A model generated the notes under the pieces. It saw only the letters and a list, made by a program, of their open reading frames with translations, was not told where the DNA came from and did no database searches. A stretch of DNA of 64,000 nt from Schizochytrium sp. TIO01 (Eukaryota > Protista > Bigyra: Labyrinthulomycetes), in NCBI GenBank assembly GCA_004764695.1, contig SMSO01000037.1, forward strand, positions 3,386,747 to 3,450,746, given 5' to 3'. This document shows positions 36,826 through 48,454 of this stretch, piece after piece. The first letter of the stretch is position 1, and every line of letters starts with the position of its first letter. The translations under genes and the position numbers were made by a program.

Positions 36826-38401
36826 AGCAGTTAATTATGTATAACCTCTGATTCTATGTGCACATAACACGGCTCACATGATACAATACATATCTAAAAT
36901 ATGTTATGTCACGACACGATATCACCACCTGAGGCCTTCCTGCTCAATCTAATTAAAGTCACAATTTTTTTTATTGTTCCGCTTGCTTTTCGTATATATC
37001 TTCGTATACCAAACAAATGAAGAGATTGAAATTTTATCATACATATTAGTTTGTAGAGTCTCGCAACCTTCGCTGCTGAAACATAGTTTTGTGAAAGGTC
37101 GCGTTGAGCAATGCGCACAGGGAGTCATTTTACATTTATAATTTCATGCACGCAGCCCGTGCAATAATGAAGGAAACAGTGTCGCAATGGGGGAACGAAA
37201 TGGAGAGTACAAAAGGAAGAGATCATGTGGTGGAAACAGAGCTGGAGAGCTCCTCAAAAGATTCAAGTCCAGAGCTCGTTGATGACGCGAAGAGCTGCAA
37301 CAGAAAGAGACCCAACGATCACGATAAGATTGTGCCACACAAGAAGCAGTAGCAAATGTTATGTCGGCAAGTCAGCTAAGTCACCCAGAGCTGTTTGACG
37401 ATCATTTTGCATATGATAGGAGAGGGTAGATAGACAAGATCAACCCCGGAGTCATCCATGTGCCAATTCCCAAGTGTCCGATTTTCCACATAGACGCTTC
37501 TGTTTCTGTTCTTCAGATAAGAACCTGCGTCTCTCCATAGAGCAACCAACATGAGCAAGGAATACGGCAGTCTTACATCACCATGCACTTATCAAATGTA
37601 TTTCTACTCGGAGAACATGAAATGTTTTCATCGAACAATCCGTAGTCCGGCAGGGCCCTTGAATCCCACACAACTCCGGCAGTTCCGAATCAAACTCTTG
37701 TTACTCCAAACAGAAATGCGATCAAAGACAGAAGCACAGCTGTGATGTGATTTATACAAGACGAATTACTGCTGGTCCACGGTTTGATGAAAGCCGGAGA
37801 ATAAACAAGACAGTGTGCAGGTCCATGACATTGTTTATAAGAGAACATAAACGTCAGAACTGCAATCGATCTTGTTAAATTTGACGGCATCATCGCATAG
37901 ATTGCAAAGCAGAATCTGAACCTCCAAATGAGAACAGTTGGAGGCATATCTCACATGCTTGATAGTACAACCATGCTCTGACTCCGTAAATAGACCTTTG
38001 GCTCAAAATAGGCTCGCTGCTCTAGAAAAATTTAAAATCACAAAGGGAAATGCAGATGGTGAGACCACCGGAAGGGGAGGGGGGGACTAGAACGAACAGG
38101 TATGGCAAATATACGTTCAAATCACGCAAAATGCCACCCACCCATACATTACTAATATAGACTGCGGTCATGAGTGTGAACAACGAAATGCCCAGCAAAC
38201 ATGTGCAGCTAAAGGAAATGGTTTGGTAGAGCAGTAGAGGAGAGTAGAGAGAGTAGGGGCAAATTATTTCCGATTCTTGTTGTAGAGTGGGAGGAATAGT
38301 AGATACTTGGTATTTTCTTTGCTTGTGTGTAGTTTTGTTTTTTTGAAAGGTTTGATGTTTTGAGGGCAGGGTGTTTTGTGTGTATATGCGTAGCTGGTAA
38401 A

Positions 38402-39670
38402 TTAAGCAGTCATGTAGGTGGACGCGTCAATAGTGTCAGGAACCTCAGGGATCTTAACAACAAAGCGGTCCTGGACAGACTGCAAGACCTCCTTATCAGT
38501 CTCGGAGGAAACAAAGGTGATGGCAAGACCCTTGGTACCGAAACGGCCGGCACGGTTGACACGGTGAAGGTAAGAGTCAGAGCTGTCAGCCATATCGTAG
38601 TTAATGACGGCGTTGACCTTTTCCACATCAAGACCACGACCCATGAGGTCGGTGGTGACGAGGATACGAGCATCGCAGTTCTTGAACTTGGCGAGCACCT
38701 CAAGACGCTCGGACTGCTTCATCTTACTGGTACAGCAGATGGCAGGGAAGTTGCACTCGACCAAGAGCTTGCAGAGCTCCGTGGCGCGCTGAACCTTGCT
38801 GACGAAGATGATGACCTGGTTGAACTGAATAGCGTCGAGAAGGTCGTTAAGCTTGCGGTTCTTCTGGGCCTCCTCAAGCTCCACGTAGTACTGCTGAAGA
38901 CCGTGGAGAGTGAGCTTGGACTGATCATCGATAAAGATTTCGTGGGGGTCCTGGCAGAACTTGCGGCAGACCGGGCGGATCTCCTCACTGATGGTGGCAC
39001 TGAAGAGCATGACCTGTTTGTCATGGGGAGTCTCGCGGAAGATCTCCTGGACATCACGGCGCATATCGAGCTTCTCGAGAACCTTATCGCACTCATCAAT
39101 GACAAAGTTCTTGACGTGGGAAAGATCCATAACCTTGTCCTTGACGGCGAGCTGGAGCATGCGGCCGGGGGTACCGATAACAATGTGGGGGCAGTTCTCC
39201 TTGAGGACCTTGCGGTGCTCAGCGGCGGAGACACCACCGAAGAACACGGCGGACTTGACATCCTTGAGGAACTTGCCGAAGCGCTCGTACTCGTGGTGAA
39301 TCTGAAAGGCAAGCTCACGGGTGTGGCAGAGCACAACCACAGAGATCTGGTTCTCGACGGGCTCAAGCTGGTGGAGAGTGGTCAAAACAAAGACAGCGGT
39401 CTTACCCATACCAGACTTGGCCTGGCAGATCACATCCTGACCAAGCATGGCCTGGGGAATGCAGCTGTGCTGCACCTCACTGGGGCTCTCGAAACCGAGG
39501 CTAGCGATGGCGCGCATCAGCTCAGGCTTCATCATGAAGTCCTTAAAACCAGAGGCATGGACACCAACATAGGAGTCCTTCTTGGCCTTGTCGGCATCAG
39601 CCTGGGCCGTCTTTTGTTGGACCTCGGCCTCATCCTCGTCGTAGTCGAGAAGATCGTCGTCGCCGGCCAT
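38402..39670 (-). CDS. UAP56: DECD-box RNA helicase UAP56/Sub2/DDX39 (splicing and mRNA export)
   Basis: [75 protein letters not shown]. Confidence 0.97.
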   Translation of the reverse strand: MAGDDDLLDYDEDEAEVQQKTAQADADKAKKDSYVGVHASGFKDFMMKPELMRAIASLGFESPSEVQHSCIPQAMLGQDVICQAKSGMGKTAVFVLTTLHQLEPVENQISVVVLCHTRELAFQIHHEYERFGKFLKDVKSAVFFGGVSAAEHRKVLKENCPHIVIGTPGRMLQLAVKDKVMDLSHVKNFVIDECDKVLEKLDMRRDVQEIFRETPHDKQVMLFSATISEEIRPVCRKFCQDPHEIFIDDQSKLTLHGLQQYYVELEEAQKNRKLNDLLDAIQFNQVIIFVSKVQRATELCKLLVECNFPAICCTSKMKQSERLEVLAKFKNCDARILVTTDLMGRGLDVEKVNAVINYDMADSSDSYLHRVNRAGRFGTKGLAITFVSSETDKEVLQSVQDRFVVKIPEVPDTIDASTYMTA

Positions 39671-41768
39671 TTTGCTTGAGTTGTTTTGTATTTGTTGCTT
39701 ACCGTCACAACTGTTGTTTGAAGTTAATTTGTTGATTTTACACGATCAGTACGTGATGCCCAATATATATACATAGATCCACGTAATAATACATATTCTG
39801 CAGATTAGTCTCTAGCTCCAAAACTGTGCATCATCGTCTCCTCGACGTCCGCTCTCCGCTCTCGCATCTCCATTCGCAGCTAATGTCTCGCGATGTTTGC
39901 GATTAAACGTCTCTGCTGTACAGCCTCTTTTCTCCATATATTTCCTCTAAAGGAAGGAAAGCGAAAGAAGCGTGCATGAACAACGTCTAAACAGCAAGCA
40001 GCTCCATGATCATGTCTCATCATGCCAGCTGGCGCGTCGAGCGAGTCCCAGGCATCCCCATACTGGGTTGAAGGGGAGCTCGCAACGCGGGAGGTGGCGG
40101 CGGCGGCGGCGGTCGCGCCGAGTGGCGGTCGCGCCGGCAACTTACAGGCTCGCTGGTGCAATCGATCTTTGCTTTCGAAAGCGATGTCAAATCGTTGTTT
40201 CTCCTTTTCTCTATGATCTTTTAACTCGACTTTTTATCTTTTACCGAGTAGGTAGATACTACCTGCTCTCTAGATACTGCTACTCCCTTTCTCCCTTCAT
40301 TGACTCTCTCTCTCTTTGTATTCACGTATAACCAACTATCTCGCTACCACTATCTCTAACTCATACTATCCTTCTCTCAGTCCACTGCCTCTTAGCGTGT
40401 CCTTCAAACTCTCTCTTTTCTGATGCTCCCCTCACAAAAGTATCGGAGGACAGAATCGTTTTCTTCCTCTCCCCTCTGTAAACATTGTGTCGTTGTGTGT
40501 CCCTTTTGTCCTGTTCTTCTCTCAGCCTCACTGACTTTTGTGCCCTCTCTTGAGCTACTCTGCGAGATGGAGAGCAAGACTTTTTTTCTTCTGCCACTGG
40601 CCCTTACAGCACTAACAGTTATATAGTCTTTATTAATCACCCGGCGGCCCAAAAATCGAACTCTCCTTCTGTTTTTTTATGGCGCTAACGGTCGCCATCA
40701 CTCATACTCTACCCCTACAAAGTAGTACGTTTGAATATCTAACACCTACCACGAGGAGGGGTGTTATAGGAGTGAATGAGCATGGGCCCAAACGGGTGGG
40801 ATAAGCCTCTTTTTCTTCTTTCTTACTCTCTTTCTTTCTCTCTTTCTTCTATGTTTAAATGTTTAAACGTTTTCTTTTTCATTATTTGTTTTTTTACATT
40901 AAAAAAAATTGAATGAAAAATGAAAGTGAAAGAAAGATTCTCTATATAGGCCTCTTAATTAGACCGGTGCCTGGTGAGTTCCTTAAAGGTTCCTCAGCAG
41001 AGTGTTGTTCTGGGAGTTCTGTATGTTCTGCGTGTTCTTCCCTACTTTATCCTCTTTTTCTCTTTTTTCTTTTTGTTCTTTTTCCCTGTAGAAAAAGCTT
41101 TGTTTTATTAATTTCACTTTTTTAGTAATATAGTTCTGTGGTTTTTTCTTTTCTTGAGTTCGTTCGAGAAGTCACCGCGAAAAATTAGACGAATTTCGTT
41201 TCGAGGCGCATTGGTTTAAGCGGACTGGCGCGTTTTTAATAAATAAGACTTGGAAGCAACTTTGTAGCTGATGAGTTTCTTTCGCTTCTTTTCACGCGGA
41301 GGGATCGATGACTGCCGAAGTAGAATTTATGATTTGCGTAATTTTTATTTCTATGTCAATTAGGTATGTTCATTTATCATTCACTTATTATCTATGGTGC
41401 CAAGGTCCGCGATTTACCATTCGTAAAGGTTTTTGTCATCTTGGTCCTCGGAAGCTCGAGGATTCTTCGGCACCCAGGTAGATAGACACACACGGAGAAC
41501 GCAGCTAGCTGGCAGGATGAACGCCACGACGTCTCTATGAAATGAGCTCTGCTATTTGCGAGATGCTTTTGCTTTTCTTCTGCAATATTCCCGCAAGTTT
41601 CTGCCTCTCTCTGGAGTCCTATCTATGTATCTGTGTATTATTACTATGTGAATGAATGTGATGTAATGTGAAATGACTGAATAGAGAAAGGCAAGCAAGC
41701 GCAATTGCGATTGAAGCAAATCTGCATCGCAGCCCGGCCCGTGGCTCTCGTACGAATCCTTTGCAAGG

Positions 41769-42323
41769 ATGATGCTTCGCCGAGGCTCCGTTTCCCTCCG
41801 CCTCGCCTTGCGTCGTGGGCTTTCCTCGACGAGCTCTCCGCCTTCGTCGTCCGGCCCGCGCATGGTGAACAGCGCCGTGGACAAGGCCGCTTTGCAGAGA
41901 AATCTTCCGCAGCATGCCATTCTTAAGGACATTGAACTTCGCGCCGCACACCATGCCATTCGCGAGGAGTACCCTGCGTTTGCGCAGCCGCGCGAGGGCC
42001 CCAAGGTCAGTTCCGAGGCAGCGTACCGAAAGAAGCTCAAGTACCGCTCAAAGCAGCGCGGCTGGCTTGAGGTGGACCTCCTCCTGGGCAGCTGGGCAGA
42101 TGACAACATTGATGGTATGACTTTGGAGGAATGTGCTCAATATGAGGTCATTCTTAACATGGAGACACTCGACATTTACAACATGATCTCTGGTCAGGAC
42201 GAGGTACCCCCCGAGATGGCCACGCCTGTCATGGAGAAGCTCCAGAAGTACTGCCAGTCTAAACCGCTCGGAGAGGCTGATCCTACCATGTATGCCAAGA
42301 TTAAGGCCAAGATGAGCAACTAA
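41769..42323 (+). CDS. SDHAF2: Succinate dehydrogenase assembly factor 2 (Sdh5/SdhE), mitochondrial
   Basis: Arg/Ser-rich presequence, then RKKLKYRSKQRGWLEVDLLLG (RGxxE motif)...YEVILN..TLDIYNMI. Confidence 0.93.
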   Translation: MMLRRGSVSLRLALRRGLSSTSSPPSSSGPRMVNSAVDKAALQRNLPQHAILKDIELRAAHHAIREEYPAFAQPREGPKVSSEAAYRKKLKYRSKQRGWLEVDLLLGSWADDNIDGMTLEECAQYEVILNMETLDIYNMISGQDEVPPEMATPVMEKLQKYCQSKPLGEADPTMYAKIKAKMSN

Positions 42324-43158
42324 GTGCCAAAAATACCACAACAAAAATGTATAGGCGTTTTAAAGTCAGGTTCTTGAGCACGGAATTGCGTCTAACTTGG
42401 AGTGGTCAACTGGGAATTAGTGCGATCTTCTTCTCGAACTCAGTTGATTTCTCTCATACCCCGCCCGCGTGTGGCTAGCATGTAAATGCGCTCAACCAAG
42501 TTCCTATCTAGATGGATGGACGCATTTATGAGGATCTAAGTCGTCTGGCATTGAAATGTCGCAGCATCTTTGCGGTGCCTTGGACCACGCGCGTCAGAAA
42601 GGTGCCAGCGGTCCAATATTTAGGATATTATAATAATACTACTACAACTTTTCATTGATTCCGTTATCATTCTGTTCAACTTGCCATTCCAGACGAAATC
42701 CAAGATCTACGAGACGAGGTTATGTGATCGTCAATCCTAAGGTTTTTTTAGTTAGTGTTAGTTAGCTTAATTTGTTCTTTCAGACTACCTAGGTAATCAA
42801 TCACCTGCAGAAAACCTCACAAAATATAAATCCTTTTTGCTTACATCTAAGAGATATCTTTGTTTTTTTTCTTTAGTTTACGATTCTCGTTCCGAGTAAA
42901 AGAAGAGATAAATGAATAATCTCTTCATGCTTTTCGTGGCCTAGCTGAGACCAGTACAATTTGTGAGACTGTGCCACACGAAAGTGTAAAGCACTGCATA
43001 GAGTGGCAAGCAGAGACGTCCTTTGTGCATACTGCCGATTTCTCTATTGCTTATTTAAAGCTTGTCGAGAAATAGTTATGAGAAAATTAGCAACCGGAGA
43101 CTGTAGCAGTGTCGGCAGAGTTGAATGCCTGTGCTAGTGGGTAGCCTTAGGACAACAA

Positions 43159-45195
43159 TTATGACAGATGTGCGACGTCCATCGCAATCTTGTCTGCAGC
43201 CATCTCACCAAGCATGATACAAGTAGCATTTGTGTTGGCTCCAACAACCTTCGGGATGGCCGAGGCGTCAACCACACGGAGTCCCTTCGCGCCGCGTACG
43301 CGGAAGCGTGCGTCAAGCACAGCTTCAGGATCATCATCACGACCAACACGGCATGTACCAATAGGATGATACATTGTGCCAACATAGCGTCGAATGTAAG
43401 CTTCGATCTCCTCATCTGACTGAACCTCTGCACCGGGAAAGGCTTCGAGTCCAGAGCTTTTGGTTTTGCCAGTTGATTGAAGATCTTTCAGCATCTCCAT
43501 ACCGAGCTTGCGTACAAAGCGAACACCAGCAATGAGCTGAGCCATATCCTTCCCTTCCGGGTCAGTCAAGTAGCGAGCATCAATGATGGGTTGCTCCTCT
43601 GGATCTGCAGAAGCTAAAGTGATAGAGCCAACGCTTTCTGGGTGGATAAGCGAAGGTGTCAACGTAAAGCCTTCGCCCAACGGTTCGAATCCGTCAGGAG
43701 CGAAGAAGATTGTTCCAATGTGTACTTGAAGATCAGGAGATCGAGAGTCTGGGTTAAGCTTCGTAAAAAGACTTCCCTCGCAAATATTGGAATGCGAGTG
43801 AGGGGTTACACCTTGCGGGATGCGGTAGCACATAGGTACGTGAAGATGATCTTGGAGGTGTTTTCCGACGCCCGGGCTGTTCACGATGCAATCAATGCCA
43901 ACTTTCTCAAGATCCTGCTTAGGGCCTACACCAGAGAGCATCAGGAGCCTAGGAGAGTCAACGGCACCGCAGCTGAGAATGACCTCCTCGCGTACGCGTA
44001 CTCGAACAACCTTGCCGCGTACAGCTTCTGTACCGCCAATGAGGCGAGTTTGGCCTGCCTTCGGGTGCTCCTTGTCATCATCTCCAGATGCATTCGCATC
44101 AACATCATCATCGGTTTCGTCGTCATCATCAAATCCAGGCTTGAGTTCAAGTTCTACGCCAATGGCACGTTTGGTCTTGGGGTCTATGATAATGCGACGT
44201 ACTGGCGAACAAAGCCATACGCTGAGTGCACCGGCAGGTTTCTGCGAGGTGGTGGAGAGCTGCCCATGTTGCGGATAGGCTCCCATCATCTTAAGATAAG
44301 ATGCGGCGTTACAGCGCTGTCCATTTCGTGCATTGACGTCGTTTACATTAACGCCAAAAGTTCCTTGAGCAAAGTCCGGGTTTGTTGGCAGACCAAGGCT
44401 ATTGGCAGCTTTGATAAAGGCCATAGTCACGGAGTGCGCCGCACCCTTGGGAAAGTGCAAATCGTGCGTGAGCGGTGCCACAATCATGGGACCATCTTTT
44501 CCGTGAACCTTGGGGTCCCCTGGGTGGGTCTCTGCACGCTTGAAGAAGGGCAAGACTCCTGCGTATGAGAAATCTTCAAAGCCCTTACCCAAGATCTCAG
44601 CCCAGGCATCATAGTCCTTGCCATCCGCTCGCAGGTACACCATGGTATTGAATGACGAGCATCCTCCAACAACCTTGCCTCGAGGCCAGTATAGTGCACG
44701 TCCATCGAGCTCTTTCTGAGCTTCTGCATGATATTGGTGGTCTCTCGCAGAGCCAAAGATCCTTTCTGCTTTATCAAAATATGCCACAGCGGTCTGGATC
44801 TCTGGCAAGTCATCTGTGTCTCCAGCCTCAACTAGCAGCGTGCGTTTATCGGGAGCTCCCTGTGCAAGTCTCGCTGCTAGGGCACATCCTGAGGATCCTG
44901 CACCTACGACAAGTACGTCCACACAAGCGTCCCATTTGATATGATCTGCAAACCCATCTTTCGAGGCAACTTCCGTAACCTTGTGAATCAAAGATTCCGC
45001 ACTCGTGAGGTTCTCTGCACTGCTCCCTTTCTCCCTTTCCTCTACGTTTGCATGAGTTGACAGCTCCTTTCCTTTTCCTTTGTCGTCTTGGGGCTGCGCC
45101 GTCCCATGACTTGGCCGTCCCATGACGCCTACCGTGGCAAGCGGCGCTGCCAATGCGGCAGCTGCCACAGCCACCTTCCGCGACCGCGTCCACAT
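43159..45195 (-). CDS. GMC-family FAD oxidoreductase (choline dehydrogenase/alcohol oxidase-like)
   Basis: DVLVVGAGSSGCALAARL, LLVEAG, WPRGKVVGGCSSFNTMVYLR, SPRLLMLSGVGP, GVGKHLQDH, catalytic TMYHPIGTCRVG and GANTNATCIM; N-terminal targeting-like segment and an acidic insertion. Confidence 0.93.
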   Translation of the reverse strand: MWTRSRKVAVAAAALAAPLATVGVMGRPSHGTAQPQDDKGKGKELSTHANVEEREKGSSAENLTSAESLIHKVTEVASKDGFADHIKWDACVDVLVVGAGSSGCALAARLAQGAPDKRTLLVEAGDTDDLPEIQTAVAYFDKAERIFGSARDHQYHAEAQKELDGRALYWPRGKVVGGCSSFNTMVYLRADGKDYDAWAEILGKGFEDFSYAGVLPFFKRAETHPGDPKVHGKDGPMIVAPLTHDLHFPKGAAHSVTMAFIKAANSLGLPTNPDFAQGTFGVNVNDVNARNGQRCNAASYLKMMGAYPQHGQLSTTSQKPAGALSVWLCSPVRRIIIDPKTKRAIGVELELKPGFDDDDETDDDVDANASGDDDKEHPKAGQTRLIGGTEAVRGKVVRVRVREEVILSCGAVDSPRLLMLSGVGPKQDLEKVGIDCIVNSPGVGKHLQDHLHVPMCYRIPQGVTPHSHSNICEGSLFTKLNPDSRSPDLQVHIGTIFFAPDGFEPLGEGFTLTPSLIHPESVGSITLASADPEEQPIIDARYLTDPEGKDMAQLIAGVRFVRKLGMEMLKDLQSTGKTKSSGLEAFPGAEVQSDEEIEAYIRRYVGTMYHPIGTCRVGRDDDPEAVLDARFRVRGAKGLRVVDASAIPKVVGANTNATCIMLGEMAADKIAMDVAHLS

Positions 45196-45420
45196 CGTCG
45201 CCGCTTACCGAATCCTCGCCGATATCCTCTTGTGCAGATCGAAGGCGTTGAGGGTTGGTCTCAAGAAGATTTGATTCAGATTTGGCATTCCAATGCGCAG
45301 CCTCATCGATATCACTATAGATAGCATTTACTATCATATTCCTTTTAAGATATTACAGTTTAATGAAGCTTCTCACCGTCTCTCAGATCCTATCTATGGA
45401 TCTATTCTGATCCACTCTGA

Positions 45421-45555
45421 CCAGTTCTGATCCATGGAAAGCTGTATCCTCACGCAGGCAGACCAAGTCCTCAAACTGCACGCTCCCTCGTGGCTTGCTT
45501 CAAGTACAGTCCTCTGGAGGAGAAGTGGACTCTCATGAAGATGTGCGAAGCTTAG
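45421..45555 (+). pseudogene. Isolated kelch-repeat-like coding remnant
   Basis: Reading frame gives PVLIHGKLYPHAGRPSPQTARSLVACFKYSPLEEKWTLMKM, resembling one kelch blade (GKxYxxGG...Y.P....W). It has no start codon, and stops follow. Confidence 0.35.
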
Positions 45556-46348
45556 TTTGGCACCAAAGAGGCCCGAGTTATCATCATCATGTTAAGAGCA
45601 CGTGGTCGATGGATGGGCGTCTGAATGGACGCTCACAAGAGTTTGCTCTAGAACAGGAGGAAATCGAGGTGGAGCAGCTCGAGGCAGTGCGGCCTGGGTG
45701 GTGTATGATAACCGCGGTGGCGCACGGCGCTGGTAAGGACTGTGAGGAAAGTAGTACTTTATTTACTTCCTGCAAGCGGTGCTGATGCCCTCGTGATCCT
45801 AACGAGAACCGACGGCATGCTGTGACCAGAAAAACTTGAAGGAGACCGTAAGGAACTGGGGAATGCTTAATAGTACTTGGAGCAGAGGTTTCCAAAGTTG
45901 AATCGTTTTGGCGAGAAGATAACATCGTTCACGAAGCGGCCCCGAACGATCGCTAGCATGTTAATACCCTATGATCAGCTCTTACTGCGCTACCGATTTT
46001 ATTAAAGATAATTAGTTTTCGAGCATTGTCTGCCAAAATATCATGCTACACAAGCCAAACCCTGCACGCTCTTATGCCAACTCGTTCTGAGTTTCTTGAC
46101 GCTGCCGAATGTCAGCATTGCCACTGCTGATCTCGTCCTCTGCAGTGTCAATGCTGCTAAAGTGATGTTGATGTATCTACATCGTAGTAGTGTTAGGCTT
46201 CAAAAGTATAATAAAAGGGGAAGGTTGAAGAAAAAGAAGTGAGAACGGCAAAAAGCGAAAACCGCCAAAGCAAAGTAAAGAAAACCCAACAAAGCAAGAA
46301 CGGGAAACCGATTCTTCGCCAAAGACTATAGCAGAAACTCCGTCCAGC

Positions 46349-47512
46349 ATGGCCCGTGATGAGGCCCTGGCAAGTGCCCTAGCACACCTGGATGCGGCTT
46401 GCTGCAGGCTCCAGAAACCTCACGGCGTTTCACCGTTTGCTGATGGAGTTGGCCACAAGAACGGCAGTCTTGCGAGACGTGGAAAAGGTCGCGTGCGTCT
46501 TGAACGTGAGCTTTCTGAGCAAGAACGCACAGCTGTGAGAAGTCTAGCACTTGCTGGGAAACAAAGGTTTCAGGCTCGTCGCTCAAAACCGATTGAGGTC
46601 CTTGCTGCAGAAACTGCGCAAATTGAATGGGACAACTCTGCCGATGCAGATGAAGCCGCTGCTCTCGTGCGGCGCTTCAAGCAACTCCGAGCTCGACGTG
46701 CAGGGCTTCAGATGAGACAGCAGCAACAGCAAAACCAAGAACAGCAGCAGCTACAGGCAACCCAGGGCAAATCTCAAAGTAGCTTAGAGGTCGAAAATGC
46801 AGATGCGGACTTGAATGCACTCAGAGAACAACTAAAGCTAGCTCGCGAACAGCTTGGAGATGCAGAGGCAGCAGAAACCCAACTTGAGACATCAAGGGCA
46901 AGAATTCGTAAGCTAAGAAACCAGCTTGATGACTTGGACGGTCATGTTCGCGACATGCGTTCTCTACACTCTTCCAAGAGTCCGGCCAGTAAGGCTGGCG
47001 CAACACCTGATACAAAAGGTGTTGGAGAGAGCTCAGAAACATCAAAGTCCCAACAGGCATGCGATGATTTTGCACGAAAAGCAAATGAGTTTGAGCTTGC
47101 CAAGCGCCATGCAGCACATAAGACGGCTAGTCTCCGTGGTCTCCGGGATAAGGTCAACGAAATGCGTCAACGACTCGAGGCACTTCAAGAGGAAGCCCGC
47201 GTAAAGCAGCTCGTCGAGGCAGCTCTCCGAGAGACTATGACTCATGCGTTAAAGACTGCCAGTCTTGGTGATATTTCAGAAGAGACCCAGGCTAGCTCTG
47301 GCTGGCAAGCACGGGCCATGGCAAAGTCTCTCAGCATCCTTCTAGATGAGGGAGGTGAAATGCTTTTGAATGATTGGAAAAAGGCCATCGCAGAGGCCCT
47401 TGAGCTCTCTAGCGCAAAGGTTATTCAGTTTGTTTATGGTCTTGTGGCTAATACGCTTGTTTCTATTGACAGAACACAAAAGGATGCTCGCGTAATAGCA
47501 CACATTGCTTAA
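46349..47512 (+). CDS. Coiled-coil protein with poly-Q tract and a compact C-terminal (possibly winged-helix) domain; function unknown
   Basis: 387-aa ORF with ATG in good context, heptad-rich segments and globular-looking C-terminus LSILLDEGGEM...VIQFVYGLVANTLVSIDRT. Confidence 0.75.
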   Translation: MARDEALASALAHLDAACCRLQKPHGVSPFADGVGHKNGSLARRGKGRVRLERELSEQERTAVRSLALAGKQRFQARRSKPIEVLAAETAQIEWDNSADADEAAALVRRFKQLRARRAGLQMRQQQQQNQEQQQLQATQGKSQSSLEVENADADLNALREQLKLAREQLGDAEAAETQLETSRARIRKLRNQLDDLDGHVRDMRSLHSSKSPASKAGATPDTKGVGESSETSKSQQACDDFARKANEFELAKRHAAHKTASLRGLRDKVNEMRQRLEALQEEARVKQLVEAALRETMTHALKTASLGDISEETQASSGWQARAMAKSLSILLDEGGEMLLNDWKKAIAEALELSSAKVIQFVYGLVANTLVSIDRTQKDARVIAHIA

Positions 47513-47752
47513 ATACATTACTGCTTTGAGCATAAAACATGAGTCACTGTAAATATATTGCTTTTTGTTGTTGCATCTACCTGAATTACATGATCTGTCG
47601 AACTAAATCATTTACCAAATTCGCCTTTATCGAGCACTGGCGATTGCTGTTTGGGTGTTCCACCGCTTGGAGAAGAATGAAGGCGGGGAGGCTAAACCTA
47701 TCAAAGCACACGGAACAATATTTGATGGCTCTTTCGATCCCTATAAATCAGT

Positions 47753-48390
47753 CAAACGAATATGGCTCGATTTGCGACAAAACGAAAACGGACTGACCAA
47801 CTCTTCATCAACCCTTCATCAATATAGAAGAAGAAATATTCCACAACACCCAAAACAATTACCGCCACTGCACTAATAATTACGCAAAGCATTACATTAC
47901 TTTCAGAAGTATCGCCATCGGTGTAGTCGTTGATCCGCTAGAACTACTACCTGTATTTTCACTACCAGAAGAAGAAGAGGTACTGGAACTTGTTAGTGAC
48001 TTTGTTGTTGGTGACCTGGTGGTAGGTTCAGGCGTTTGCTGAGGCTTATTAGTCGGAGCACAAGTGAATCCATCAGTCAGCATATATGCAACACCGGCAG
48101 ATTCGGCGCTTGTGTAGTAGAACAAGAATCATACACAAAACACCTACTGCTTTTGCTGATTTGGAAGCCCTGGCACGAAGTGTACCTGAGACATACCTTC
48201 AGTCACTCAAAGAAAAGGCGTCACACAGTGTTAGCAGCACCAAGGTCGAGAATATACAGCTTTCAATAGCTGTATATCCAGCAGAAGGAGCTGAAAGGCT
48301 GAAAGGCATGTCCAAGCAGGTGTCACAGCTGAAGGAATTTGGAAAGCAGTTAAAGCAGAGGTCCAAAGAGGACAAGATGTAAATCTTCAA
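47753..48390 (-). pseudogene. Frameshifted remnant of a Cys-rich (PAN/apple-like) type I membrane protein gene
   Basis: Successive frames give KVCLRYTSCQGFQISKSSRCFVYDSCSTT / SAESAGVAYMLTDGFTCAPTNKPQQTPEPTTRSPTT + Ser-rich stalk / DGDTSESNVMLCVIISAVAVIVLGVVEYFFF (TM). At least two frameshifts are needed. Confidence 0.45.
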
Positions 48391-48454
48391 TCATTCTGTT
48401 ATATATTGAAAAGGCTTGCCAAAACGCAAATGCTCGGAAATCGTATGGTATTTC

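Noticed and set aside
38360-39679. 439-aa antisense ORF over UAP56 (likewise 22403..23686 over TOM40, 31121..31924 over the reductase, 43642..44568 over the GMC gene)
   Set aside because: Shadow ORFs produced by strong codon bias of the sense gene; no recognisable motifs.
39675-39702. GTAAG just upstream of the UAP56 ATG as a 5'UTR intron donor
   Set aside because: The implied intron would be under 30 nt with no pyrimidine tract or branch point.
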